Positions 9,981 through 19,269 of a stretch of 64,000 nucleotides of DNA are shown piece by piece (position 1 is the first letter of the stretch; every line of letters begins with the position of its first letter). Origin of the DNA: an uncultured Chloroflexia bacterium (GTDB lineage: Bacteria > Chloroflexota > Chloroflexia > Thermomicrobiales > UBA6265); the NCBI GenBank assembly GCA_963724295.1, contig CAVRUC010000006.1, positions 32,001 to 96,000 on the forward strand, read 5' to 3'. A model generated the notes under the pieces. The model saw only the letters and a list, made by a program, of their open reading frames with translations. It searched no databases and was not told the origin of the DNA. The translations under genes were made by a program, and so were the position numbers.

Positions 9981-10634
9981 CTAAAGAAAGCGGCCGAGGG
10001 CCTCGACCACGCGCTCGACGGCGCGGACCGAGGCGATCGGATCTCCCGGGATATCCATGCCGTGGTCCGCGTTTGTGACGACCACGGCTTCGCCGGTCGT
10101 CGCCACCTGCAACGTCTCCAGCACGACGGGATCAAACTGCGGATCGGCCGTACCGATGACGAACAGCGAGGGACCTCCATATTGGGAGATTTGCTGGCCT
10201 AACCGTTCGTTGCTGAGCAGCGGCGTCAGCCAGACGGCTCCCACGGTGGGAGGCGAATCGGCCAGTGTCAGCAGGTGTCCCATAGCCAGGGTGCCCAACG
10301 ATTTCCCGATCAGGACGACGCGCTCGTAGGCTCGCTGGCCAAGCGCGGTGCGCCAGGCAGCGGTGGTATCCGCCAGCAGCCACCGGTCCCGTTCCGGCTT
10401 TGACAGGGTCTGGAACTCTGGGCGCTTGTGATAGGAGTACTCGACGCGCAAGACGTCCCAACCCCGTTCCAACGAGAGCTTCTCGGCGTAGTAGAAGATC
10501 GGCATGTCGAGGGTGTAGGCGAATCCGGGCAGGAGAACCGCTAACTGGTCGATGGCGCCTTCCGGACGCAGCAATCGGTTCGGCACCGGCTCATCGCGAT
10601 ATCCCTGGATCGTCAACGTCGTGGACGTCGCCAT
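9981..10634 (-). CDS. alpha/beta hydrolase
   Basis: 'LIGKSLGT' nucleophile elbow, 'GTADP' Asp, 'NADHGM' His. Confidence 0.82.
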   Translation of the reverse strand: MATSTTLTIQGYRDEPVPNRLLRPEGAIDQLAVLLPGFAYTLDMPIFYYAEKLSLERGWDVLRVEYSYHKRPEFQTLSKPERDRWLLADTTAAWRTALGQRAYERVVLIGKSLGTLAMGHLLTLADSPPTVGAVWLTPLLSNERLGQQISQYGGPSLFVIGTADPQFDPVVLETLQVATTGEAVVVTNADHGMDIPGDPIASVRAVERVVEALGRFL

Positions 10635-10650
10635 AGCTGCACTCCAGTTG

Positions 10651-10698
10651 CGAGACGGCGAGACGGCGAGACGGCGAGACGGCGAGACGGCGAGACGG
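10651..10698. repeat. tandem octamer (CGAGACGG)x6
   Basis: direct reading; followed by CAAGGAAGAG, as is the array at 19101. Confidence 0.9.
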
Positions 10699-10867
10699 CA
10701 AGGAAGAGCGTAGTCGAACAATTGAGGAATCGGGAAGCACCGCGGTGATATCGGCTGGCCACGCTCACGATGCGCAAAAGCGGTTGTCGATTGACGACCC
10801 GAACGGCCCGAACAGCTTGTAGGTCCTCGATGAGGCTCGCCGCCGATGTTCGAGGAGCCGTCCGTGG

Positions 10868-13807
10868 CTACCCGGCTGCCGGGGCGCTGGGTAGGGCGTC
10901 CTCCGCGGCGCGGCAGTCGGCGCCGGCACAGAGGCGCAGGGCGTCCAGGCTCGCGGCCAGCGCCGCGAGCAGCGCCGGGTCGGCGGTGGCGGCGAGATTC
11001 TGGAGCTGATACGGATCGGTCTGCATATCGTAGAGCTCACGCTCACCGCTCGCGTACTCGACGTAGAGATACCCCTCGGTTCGTAGCGCCAGATAGGGCG
11101 GTGAGTCGATGGGCGCGATACCGGCGATCTCCTCCCCTTCTTCATGCTCGAGTGCTTCGTGATCGTCGGGGGTAGCTGCCACGAGTACCGGCCCAGGTGC
11201 GCCCCACTGATCGGGACGGGTGCGGCCGTAACGCTCGACGAGGAACCCATGCCGCCATTCGGCGGGGGGATCGCCATCCAGGAGCGGTACGAGCGAGCGG
11301 CCGTCGACGAAGTCCGCGGGCGACGCGTGCGCCAGTTCGGCAAAGGTCGGAGCGAGGTCGATGTTGAGGGCGATGGAGTCCACCACGGCGCCGGCCGCCA
11401 CGCCCGGGCCGCGCACGATCAAGGGAACGCGGATCGACTCGTCATACGGGGCCTGCTTGCCGAGCGGGAGTCCGTGCTCGCCGAGCTGGTAGCCGTTGTC
11501 CGAGGTGAAGACGATGTAGGTGTTGTCGAGGACGCCGGCGGCGTCGAGGGTTTCGACGAGCGAGGCGACCATCTCGTCGACCGCCAGCAGCGATCGCAGC
11601 CGCCGCTGGTAGCGGTCGTCGATAAGCGCGATCTGGTCGTCGTTGAGCGCCAGGAGGGCCCGCACCCAGGCTGGTTTATCGCTCACGTCAGCCTCATTGA
11701 ATGACGGAACGCGCGGCGCGTTCACATCGGCGAAGGCTCCCGTGTGGCGCGATGCCGGGGTGGACGGACCGTGGGGTGCGTATGGCGCAATGTACAGGAA
11801 GAAGGGATCACCGGCGGCGGCCGCGCGATCGACGAAATCGGTCGCCCTGGCGGCCAGCACGTCGGTTGAATAGTCGGATGGCTGCTGCCCATAGAGAACG
11901 ATCGTGCCATCCTCGTTGAGGACGTAGTCGCTGTAGTACGACCCTCCCTCGTCGTCATCGCCCGACGCGAAGGCGCTCCACTCGTCCCATCCCGGCGGCA
12001 CATAGGCCTCCGCGGCGTCCCTGGGGTAGCGGTTGAGGTATTTGCCGATGAGGGCAGTACGGTAGTCGGCGCCCTGGAGCCAGGTCGCCACGGTCGAGTC
12101 CTCGTCGCCGAGGCGGTAAAAGGCTGGGAAACCGCCGTTGTCGCCAGCATTGCTGAGGACCCCGTGAGAGTGCGCGTATTGCCCGCGCAGCAGCGAGGCG
12201 CGCGAGGGGCAGCAGAGCGGGGTCGTGACAAACGCGTTGGTGAACGTGACCCCCTCCCGGGCGAGCAGCGATTGCAGGTTGGGCATGCAGGCAACCGAGC
12301 GGGCATCGAGATCGTCGGTGTTGATGACGACGATATTCGGTGGGATCGAGGGACTGGCCGGGCGCTGGATACCCGTCTCGTTTGCCGGCAGCAGCGGTTG
12401 TGGCGTGCCGGCAATCGGTGTGCCGGCGGACGCGCCAGTCACGGAGCAGGACCGCGGTGCAATCGAAGGTGTCGCTGATTCCGGTGAGGCGGCGGGCGTC
12501 GCGGGTTCCCCCAGATTTACCGGCGGCGCCTGGCCGGGGCACGAGCCAGTGTCGAGGCACATTACCTGCGCTCGCGCCAGCGCTTCGATGGTCGCCAGCG
12601 GCACGTCGGGGATGCCGACCATCTGGACCTGCGCTGCCCACGCCCCGACCTGGGCCTCGACCAGGTAGCCGCGCGCGGTCCCCGCTCCACCCCGCTCGGT
12701 AGCGATGGCCAGCGTCCCGGATGCATCGCCGATCGTCGCGGCGCCGGCGAGCGGAATGGCCTCGATGACGTTTGGGGATTGCTCGGCGCGCTCCACTCCT
12801 CTCTCCAGCCAGCCGGCGGCATCTCGCTCGCTGGCAAACTGGTAGAGCAAGACCCCAAAGCGGGTGTCATCGGTCCGCGCCGGGCTGCCGCGGGGGATGC
12901 TCTGCGCCACCCCATAGACCACGAGGGCATCGCCGTAGCGCCCGGCGCGATCGGCGAGCTCGTCCGGCGTCTCACCGTAATTGGGTAAGGTCTGCCCGTC
13001 CAGGCGCCCATACTCGTCCGAGCGGGTCTCGATGTCCGGACCTTCCAGGCGCAATATCGCATTGCTCAGGCGGGGGCCGGCCCCCGCCTGACCGCGGCGC
13101 ACCCTGGCCAGCAGCAGCTCGCCGAGGGCTTCGAGCGTGACCAGGTCCGGCTGACGACCGTCGAACTCCCCGATCGTGACCCCCGCCACCAGATTGTCGA
13201 CCTGAAACGTCAGGTCCAGCGCCCGGTACGGCTCGCCGTCGGCGGTGGAGCGCCGAAATCGCGTGATCTCGGAGCGATCGCCGATGATGCGCGTCCCCGG
13301 CACGTCTTTCATTTCCGCGTCCGGGGCCTCGCTCTCGAGGAGGGTGAACCCCGCATCTGCTCCCTCGGCAGAGGTGTATTCGATCACGTAGGGGGCGGCG
13401 AACGTGCGGAGCCGCGAGGGTGGGGCTCCCGGGCGGGAGGGGCGCCCAAGCTGTCGCTGGTAGCGCCGCTGGAACCCCGCCGCGGAGAGGGCGGCGCGGA
13501 CCTCGTCGGCATCGCTGGCGAGACTCGGCAGCGCGGCGCCGGTCAGCGCATATTGCTCGGCCTGCTCCTCGAGATCGAGGAACGCACTCGTCTGCTGACC
13601 GAAGCCGGTCAGGCCGATGCCGTCCAGATCGAGCGGGGTCAGCGCCATCGCCGCCAGGTCAAGCGGAGGAGCGGAAGAGACCGGAGAGGCAAGCGGCACG
13701 ATCCGTGAATGGAGGCCAGGCGCCAGACCCGGCGCCAGGCTGAGCACGATGAGGACCAATGCCGCGGTCACCGACCAGCGAGCATGCACGTGTGGATGCT
13801 TTCTCAT
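10868..13807 (-). CDS. secreted protein: N-terminal unknown domains plus a C-terminal formylglycine-dependent sulfatase (N-acetylglucosamine-6-sulfatase-like)
   Basis: 'PNIVVINTDD', 'CCPSRASLLRG' (CxPxR), 'GKYLN', 'FTSDNG'; N-terminal hydrophobic signal. Confidence 0.88.
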   Translation of the reverse strand: MRKHPHVHARWSVTAALVLIVLSLAPGLAPGLHSRIVPLASPVSSAPPLDLAAMALTPLDLDGIGLTGFGQQTSAFLDLEEQAEQYALTGAALPSLASDADEVRAALSAAGFQRRYQRQLGRPSRPGAPPSRLRTFAAPYVIEYTSAEGADAGFTLLESEAPDAEMKDVPGTRIIGDRSEITRFRRSTADGEPYRALDLTFQVDNLVAGVTIGEFDGRQPDLVTLEALGELLLARVRRGQAGAGPRLSNAILRLEGPDIETRSDEYGRLDGQTLPNYGETPDELADRAGRYGDALVVYGVAQSIPRGSPARTDDTRFGVLLYQFASERDAAGWLERGVERAEQSPNVIEAIPLAGAATIGDASGTLAIATERGGAGTARGYLVEAQVGAWAAQVQMVGIPDVPLATIEALARAQVMCLDTGSCPGQAPPVNLGEPATPAASPESATPSIAPRSCSVTGASAGTPIAGTPQPLLPANETGIQRPASPSIPPNIVVINTDDLDARSVACMPNLQSLLAREGVTFTNAFVTTPLCCPSRASLLRGQYAHSHGVLSNAGDNGGFPAFYRLGDEDSTVATWLQGADYRTALIGKYLNRYPRDAAEAYVPPGWDEWSAFASGDDDEGGSYYSDYVLNEDGTIVLYGQQPSDYSTDVLAARATDFVDRAAAAGDPFFLYIAPYAPHGPSTPASRHTGAFADVNAPRVPSFNEADVSDKPAWVRALLALNDDQIALIDDRYQRRLRSLLAVDEMVASLVETLDAAGVLDNTYIVFTSDNGYQLGEHGLPLGKQAPYDESIRVPLIVRGPGVAAGAVVDSIALNIDLAPTFAELAHASPADFVDGRSLVPLLDGDPPAEWRHGFLVERYGRTRPDQWGAPGPVLVAATPDDHEALEHEEGEEIAGIAPIDSPPYLALRTEGYLYVEYASGERELYDMQTDPYQLQNLAATADPALLAALAASLDALRLCAGADCRAAEDALPSAPAAG

Positions 13808-13816
13808 GCGTCCGTT

Positions 13817-14962
13817 TCAGTCTCTGGGCGCAGGCGATCCCACTCCGCCACTCCGGCTTGCAACCGGCGTTGCACGAGGCGCCACTCCACCGAGACGGGT
13901 GAAATTCTGCACAAGATTCATGAACGGCGCGGTCTCCTCGTCGTCCTCGGGGAGATTGGAGGTCGGGAAAGGGTACCAACTCGTCAGTTCGAGGTGGTCG
14001 GGGCGACCGCCCGCGGCGCGGTAGGCGAGGTACGCGGCCAGGACATTGTCGCGGAACGCCACGTTCGAGGTCGCGCCACCGACCTTGGAGACGTAGATGA
14101 GCCCGAACGGAACCTGGAGCTCGCCGCGCACGAAATCCTCGGCCTCGCGCACATTGGCCCATCCCGGCGAGGCGGACTCCATTGGGAAATCGAGATGGAT
14201 GAAGGCCAATCTCAGACCATGGGCCGCGAGCTCGTCCTGGAGGCGGCGGTAGACGTTCTGGTAGTCCCAGCCCTTGGCGGGCATGGCGTCGACCAGACCG
14301 ATCTCGATACCAGGGAAGCGCTCCGTCATGTGGCCTACATAGCCAACGATGTCGGCAATGCGGAATTCGTACCCACTCTCTTTGCCATAGGCCGGGCACG
14401 ACCCGCTCACTTTCGAGAGCGGGCTTTGCAGGCTGAGATACGAGATACGGGCTCCCAGGTCGAGGAGACGCTCGATCGCCTTGACCTCGGCACTGAGGCG
14501 GCGGGAATGACCGGCACACTGGGCGTTCGTGGCGCCGGTCACGTTGACCGCGAGCGCGACGTCCCACGCACGCAACTTTGGCAGGAACGATTTCCGCAGG
14601 AAGCCGTCGCTGAGCGAAACATGCTTGCCGAGGAGCGATGTCACGCGCACGACCCAGACGTCGACGAAACCTCGCGCCTCATCCCACTCATCGCCGCGGG
14701 TGGTGAACATCTTGAAGAAATCGGGGGCGAGCTCGCCCGCTCCACCGTAGTTCGGCGGCTGGACCCACAGCGATCCCTGGTCCGGTCCGGCGACGGGTGC
14801 CGGCGCGAAGAGACCGTCCCGACTCAGCGGCGCGACGAGCTCGGGCGGACTTGCACTTGCAGAAACCCCTCCCGCCAACTGATGACCGAGCACGGTCGCG
14901 CCCATCGCGGCGAGCGAGCGGCGCGAGATGCGCTCTCGGGGAGGTCCCTGGTTCTCCACCAT
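13817..14962 (-). CDS. Tat-exported hypothetical protein (possible TIM-barrel glycoside hydrolase)
   Basis: 'ISRRSLAAMG' twin-arginine signal; alternating beta/alpha pattern. Confidence 0.65.
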   Translation of the reverse strand: MVENQGPPRERISRRSLAAMGATVLGHQLAGGVSASASPPELVAPLSRDGLFAPAPVAGPDQGSLWVQPPNYGGAGELAPDFFKMFTTRGDEWDEARGFVDVWVVRVTSLLGKHVSLSDGFLRKSFLPKLRAWDVALAVNVTGATNAQCAGHSRRLSAEVKAIERLLDLGARISYLSLQSPLSKVSGSCPAYGKESGYEFRIADIVGYVGHMTERFPGIEIGLVDAMPAKGWDYQNVYRRLQDELAAHGLRLAFIHLDFPMESASPGWANVREAEDFVRGELQVPFGLIYVSKVGGATSNVAFRDNVLAAYLAYRAAGGRPDHLELTSWYPFPTSNLPEDDEETAPFMNLVQNFTRLGGVAPRATPVASRSGGVGSPAPRD

Positions 14963-14978
14963 ACCGTGACTCTCCGCA

Positions 14979-15695
14979 TCACGTCGGGCAGCGCGCCTCG
15001 ACGCTCTCCCCCGTGCTGGTGAGGATGCGCGCTCCCTCTTTGGACAGGCGGTCGTTATCGTAGATGGCGTTGCTGATACCGCCAGTGGCGGGGTCCGCGC
15101 CGGCGCCGGTCTCGTAGGTACGCGTCTGACCCGGAGCGATGGCGAGATCGGGATCAGGGGCGCCCTCTTCGCCCGCGACCGGCGGTCCCACCAGCGACCG
15201 AATCTCCGTCACGACGACGGTCTCGTCGCCAGTATTGGTGATGATGGTCTGCTCGGGCGTTGTCTCGCAGCGGAGCTCGACCTGGAGTCCATTCACCGTC
15301 GTCCCACCCCGGTTGCGGCTCCCGGCATCGCGGGGTGGAGGACCATCCAGCGGATCGGGTGCAGGTTCCCGGGTACGGTCGGGTGCAGGTTCACGGGTAC
15401 GGTCGGGAGCGGGAGTCGGCGATGCCGTGACCGGTGACCCCTCGCGCCGCTCCCGGAGACGGACGGCTCGCGAGGCGGGGATGGCACTCGACCAGGGCTT
15501 GCGGATGATGATGTTGCCGGAGATGAGGACCGACGCCCACTCACCACAGTCGTGCCCGATGAAGATCGTGCCGACGGTTATCGCTTCGGTGCAATCCGTC
15601 GGTCGTTCGATCGGCTGCGCGGCGGAGGGCTGAGAGCAGCCGAGCGCGATCAGCAAGGCGAATATGAGCGAGATTGACGTGCGTCGACGGTTCAT
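14979..15695 (-). CDS. secreted/lipoprotein hypothetical with Pro-rich linker (24-bp duplication encoding PAPDRTRE)
   Basis: 'LLIALGC' lipobox-like signal; C-terminal beta domain. Confidence 0.6.
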   Translation of the reverse strand: MNRRRTSISLIFALLIALGCSQPSAAQPIERPTDCTEAITVGTIFIGHDCGEWASVLISGNIIIRKPWSSAIPASRAVRLRERREGSPVTASPTPAPDRTREPAPDRTREPAPDPLDGPPPRDAGSRNRGGTTVNGLQVELRCETTPEQTIITNTGDETVVVTEIRSLVGPPVAGEEGAPDPDLAIAPGQTRTYETGAGADPATGGISNAIYDNDRLSKEGARILTSTGESVEARCPT

Positions 15696-15945
15696 CGCGG
15701 CCTCGAGTTCTGGCGTCCGCTGGAATTTTCCTCATCGAGTGCCTTGGCCGGAGGACTGAGTCGGCAATGGCCACTGCATGCAGAATCCAGTCCCACCGAA
15801 CCGCACCTGAATCCTTTGCCGAGAGCAGTCAATGCCTAGCACTACAGAAGAGAATCCGTGGTTCGTATCTTTCCTGGTGGCGCTCACCCGCAGTCGCTGC
15901 AAACACTCACCCACATTTGAGATACTCATTTCAGGAGCTTGCACT

Positions 15946-16152
15946 ATGAAGCGCAAATTCACAGTCAGTATCGATCACGAGAGCAACTGGTACGTAGCCC
16001 AGTGTCTCGAGGTCGACGTCGCAAGCCAGGGTGAAACGGAGCAGGAAGCTCTCCTCAACCTGCGCGAGGCCATCGCGCTCCACTTCACCCCGCCTGTCGC
16101 TACGGCATTTCCCGATCTGCGACTGATCGAGGTCGAGATCGGTGCCGCCTAG
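15946..16152 (+). CDS. hicB: HicB-family antitoxin
   Basis: 'WYVAQCLEVDVASQGETEQEALLNLREAIALHF'; RBS CAGGAG. Confidence 0.85.
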   Translation: MKRKFTVSIDHESNWYVAQCLEVDVASQGETEQEALLNLREAIALHFTPPVATAFPDLRLIEVEIGAA

Positions 16153-16269
16153 GCCACTCCCTTATCGCGAGGTCAAGCGCAACTTGGAGACAGAGAGATT
16201 GCAGCGGGGACGCTGCGTAGCATTCTGCGGCAGGCCGGACTGATCTGGGACGAGCTCGACGCACTATAG
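16142..16269 (+). pseudogene. hicA: HicA toxin remnant with internal deletion
   Basis: GTG overlapping hicB gives 'MPPRPLPYREVKRNLE', joined out of frame to 'REIAAGTLRSILRQAGLIWDELDAL*'; the central GSH segment is missing. Confidence 0.8.
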
Positions 16270-16280
16270 GGGAGGGGCTC

Positions 16281-17501
16281 GTGACCCAGGCCATGGCGCA
16301 ATTCCGGATCGTGCTCGGGCAGCGGGCGTCGTGGCCGGAGCTGCTGGCGCGCACCCGCGAGACGGAGGCGCTCGGCTTCGACGGCCTCTTCCTGGTCGAC
16401 CACTTCTACGGGCTCTTCGACGTCATGGACCCAACGCACGAGGCCTACACGATGCTGGCCGCGCTGGCGCCCTTCACCCAGAGCCTGCGCCTCGGGGTAA
16501 TGGTCTGCGGCAACACGTACCGCAATCCGGCGTTTCTGCTCAAGCAGGCGGTCACGGTCGATCATATCTCCGGCGGCCGGGTCGATTTCGGTGTCGGCGC
16601 GGGGTGGACAGAGCGCGAACACGAGGCCTACGGATGGCCGTTTCCATCGGCTCGGGAGCGCGTCGACCGCTTTGCCGAGGCGCTCGAGATCTGGGATCGG
16701 CTCCAGCAGGAAGAGCGCACGACCTACGAAGGTCAGCATTACCAGATCGTCGACGCCCCGTTCGAGCCCAAACCGCTGCAGCGGCCGCGGATGCCGTTGC
16801 TGATCGGTGGCTCGGGGCCGCGCATGCTCCGCCTCGCCGCGCGCCACGCCGACATCTGGAATGCGGTCGGGACCCCGGACGAGGGCGGCGCGCTCAATCA
16901 GCGCCTCGACGCGGCCTGCGCCGAGGAAGGGCGTGATCCCGCGTCTCTGGTGCGCACCGTTAGCCCTCGGCTCAACCTGCTGGCGTCGGTTGAGGCCTTC
17001 GTAGATGGCGTGGCGGCGTACCGCGCGGCCGGTTTCCGCGATATCTACCTGCCGTGGCCTCGCACCGAGAGCGAGGTCCCCGTTCTGCGCCAGGTCGCGC
17101 GCGAGGTGCTTCCCGAGTTGCGGGGCGGGACGATGTCAGCCGAGCAGTCAGCAACTCGAGCTCCTCGGCGCGATGACCTGACGGCTGTGGACGAGGTGGA
17201 TGTCGTGCGGGCCTACGCCGCGGTCCGCGACGGCACGCCACGGCGGTTGCTCGATTTCCTCATCGATCATCCGGACGAGCGGTTCGACGGCGCCGCCTTG
17301 ATGCGGCATCTCGAGCTGCGGCGTCACGACGAGGTTGCGCGTGGGTTCGCCGCGCTCGCCGCGGATCTGGCCGAGCACGGCCTCGCGCGTCCCTGGAACG
17401 AGGCGCAGGCTGGCTACCTCCTCCCTGCGCAGCACGCGGCGATTCTCGGCCGTGCGCGAGATGGAGACGGTGAGTCAGCGAGTCAGATAAGACCAGCATA
17501 G
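16281..17501 (+). CDS. LLM-class (luciferase-like, probably F420-dependent) oxidoreductase with an extra C-terminal helical domain
   Basis: 'GFDGLFLVDHF', 'YRNPAFLLKQAVTVDHISGGRVDFGVGAGW', 'LLIGGSG'. Confidence 0.85.
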   Translation: MTQAMAQFRIVLGQRASWPELLARTRETEALGFDGLFLVDHFYGLFDVMDPTHEAYTMLAALAPFTQSLRLGVMVCGNTYRNPAFLLKQAVTVDHISGGRVDFGVGAGWTEREHEAYGWPFPSARERVDRFAEALEIWDRLQQEERTTYEGQHYQIVDAPFEPKPLQRPRMPLLIGGSGPRMLRLAARHADIWNAVGTPDEGGALNQRLDAACAEEGRDPASLVRTVSPRLNLLASVEAFVDGVAAYRAAGFRDIYLPWPRTESEVPVLRQVAREVLPELRGGTMSAEQSATRAPRRDDLTAVDEVDVVRAYAAVRDGTPRRLLDFLIDHPDERFDGAALMRHLELRRHDEVARGFAALAADLAEHGLARPWNEAQAGYLLPAQHAAILGRARDGDGESASQIRPA

Positions 17502-17622
17502 TCCAGATGGCTGATAGGCTCATGACCCGACCCGGTGCGTTGGGAGAGGGCCCCTTCATCTCTCAGTCCGGCCCGCTTCGCCGGCAAAGGGAAGCGATTT
17601 CCGAGAAACGACGAAAAGGGTA

Positions 17623-17651
17623 TTGACATTCTGGCACGCCGGGTGTACGTT
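17623..17651 (+). promoter_or_regulatory. sigma70 promoter of sRNA copy 1
   Basis: TTGACA-17 nt-TACGTT. Confidence 0.75.
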
Positions 17652-17657
17652 CATTGC

Positions 17658-17750
17658 AAGCCAGACGCGGACGGGAGCAATCCCGAATGCGGAAAGCCAG
17701 CAGAACGCCGATGGTTTGGACGCAAGTCTAGACTGTCGGCGTTCAGCTTT
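17658..17750 (+). ncRNA. candidate small RNA, copy 1
   Basis: lies downstream of the promoter; GGGA-GCAA-TCCC hairpin, then a long terminal hairpin GAACGCCGA...TCGGCGTTC followed by AGCTTT; no ORF. Confidence 0.6.
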
Positions 17751-18048
17751 AAGTGAACACCGAGCGAAGTGCTCCAAGATCAAGGTGGGCTGGACGACCT
17801 CAGCCCACAGGCCCTCGTGCCGAGGCGCTCCGCGCCGGGCGACGAGCCCAACTCCTACCCCGCCGCCCATCGCAGGGCATCCTGCCCCGGTTGGACTGGA
17901 ATTCGCATGGGATGACCTCGTCGCAAGCGGCCGCTCGTACTGCTGCAGCAGTCGGTCTTGCACCTCCGCTTGCGGTTCTTGCGGCCTTCTGGACAACCTG
18001 GTGTCTGTTCGCAGCGGGGGGACTTGGCGAGAATCCACGAAACAGGTA

Positions 18049-18077
18049 TTGACATCCGGGCACGGAGGGTGTACGTT
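18049..18077 (+). promoter_or_regulatory. sigma70 promoter of sRNA copy 2
   Basis: TTGACA-17 nt-TACGTT, same hexamers as copy 1 with a diverged spacer. Confidence 0.75.
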
Positions 18078-18082
18078 CACTG

Positions 18083-18178
18083 TACACCGGAAGCGGACGG
18101 GAGCAATCCTGAAAGCGGAAGGTCAGCAGAACGCCGACGGGTCCGGGGTCAAACCTGGTCTTGTCGGCGTTCAGCTTT
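18083..18178 (+). ncRNA. candidate small RNA, copy 2
   Basis: paralogous to 17658-17750, with structure-preserving changes in the hairpin. Confidence 0.6.
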
Positions 18179-18301
18179 GTTGCGGTCCGCTCGAGCAGGG
18201 ATTTCTGCCCCGCTCTTTGCTGGCGACGCAGACTTTCCGCACACCTGGATGATTGGCGCCGGCAACGCGCGAGCGGATGTGCGGCGGAGCCGCGTCGCCC
18301 A

Positions 18302-19084
18302 ATGACTTCATCCCCCTCATCCGATTGGAATCCGGAGCAATACGGGCGGTTCCGCGACGAGCGGGCACGACCTTTCTTTGATCTGCTCGATCTGGTGCGG
18401 CCGCGTCCAGGAATGCGGGTCGTCGACCTCGGCTGCGGCACCGGCGAGCCGACGCGTGAGATGCACCAGCGGCTTTCAGCGCGGGAGACGATCGGCATCG
18501 ACAACTCGCCGGCGATGCTGGCCAGGAGCGCGGCCTTCGCGGGCGACGGTCTGCGATTCGAGCAGGGAGACATCAGCGCGTTCACGAGCGAGGGAGACGT
18601 TGATCTCGTCTTCTCCAACGCCGCACTGCACTGGATTCCCGACCACGAGTCGTTCCTGCCCCGACTCGTCGCCGCTCTGACGGCGACCGGTCAGCTCGCC
18701 GTCCAGGTCCCCGCCAGCGACGATCACGCCTCTCACGTAACGGCGGTCGAGGTCGCGGGCGAAGCCCCGTTCCGGGAAGCACTGGGAGGACACGTCCGCC
18801 GGTCGCCGGTGCTGGCTCCCGAAGTCTACGCAACGCTCTTGCACCGCCTGGGGTTCACGGAACAACACGTCCGCTTGCAGGTCTACGCCCACGAGCTGGA
18901 ATCACATGAGGCGGTCGTGGAGTGGGTACGGGGGAGCGTGCTCACGGACTACGAACGCCGTCTCCCGGCCGAGCTCTGGCCGCGCTTCCTGGAGCGGTAT
19001 CGGGAGCGTCTCCTGCCTCAGCTCGAGGATGATCGACCCTTCTTCTACCCGTTCAAACGGGTGCTCTTCTGGGGAGCTCGCTAG
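18302..19084 (+). CDS. tam: trans-aconitate 2-methyltransferase-like SAM methyltransferase
   Basis: 'WNPEQYGRFRDERARPFFDLL', 'VDLGCGTG', 'FSNAALHW', 'YPFKR'. Confidence 0.85.
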   Translation: MTSSPSSDWNPEQYGRFRDERARPFFDLLDLVRPRPGMRVVDLGCGTGEPTREMHQRLSARETIGIDNSPAMLARSAAFAGDGLRFEQGDISAFTSEGDVDLVFSNAALHWIPDHESFLPRLVAALTATGQLAVQVPASDDHASHVTAVEVAGEAPFREALGGHVRRSPVLAPEVYATLLHRLGFTEQHVRLQVYAHELESHEAVVEWVRGSVLTDYERRLPAELWPRFLERYRERLLPQLEDDRPFFYPFKRVLFWGAR

Positions 19085-19100
19085 GACGCCGAGACGGCAG

Positions 19101-19172
19101 AGACGGCAAGACGGCAAGACGGCAAGACGGCAAGACGGCAAGACGGCAAGACGGCAAGACGGCAAGACGGCA
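19101..19172. repeat. tandem octamer (AGACGGCA)x9
   Basis: direct reading; variant of the 10651 array. Confidence 0.9.
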
Positions 19173-19269
19173 AGGAAGAGACTACGGCGACAGCCGAAAG
19201 CTGATTGCCGATAGCGGCCTCAGTAGAATTGTCTGCGCCACGCCTGTCTGCCACACGGAGACGCTCATC

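Noticed and set aside
17755..18040. Small toxin ORF between the two sRNA copies (type I TA)
   Set aside because: No ORF with an RBS and a hydrophobic peptide is evident on either strand
17600..18180. CRISPR array or tRNA
   Set aside because: Only two ~135-bp imperfect copies, no regular spacers, no cas genes, and no cloverleaf or T-loop consensus
19101..19172. Octamer arrays as CRISPR or coding repeats
   Set aside because: No spacers; ORFs across them translate to meaningless periodic peptides
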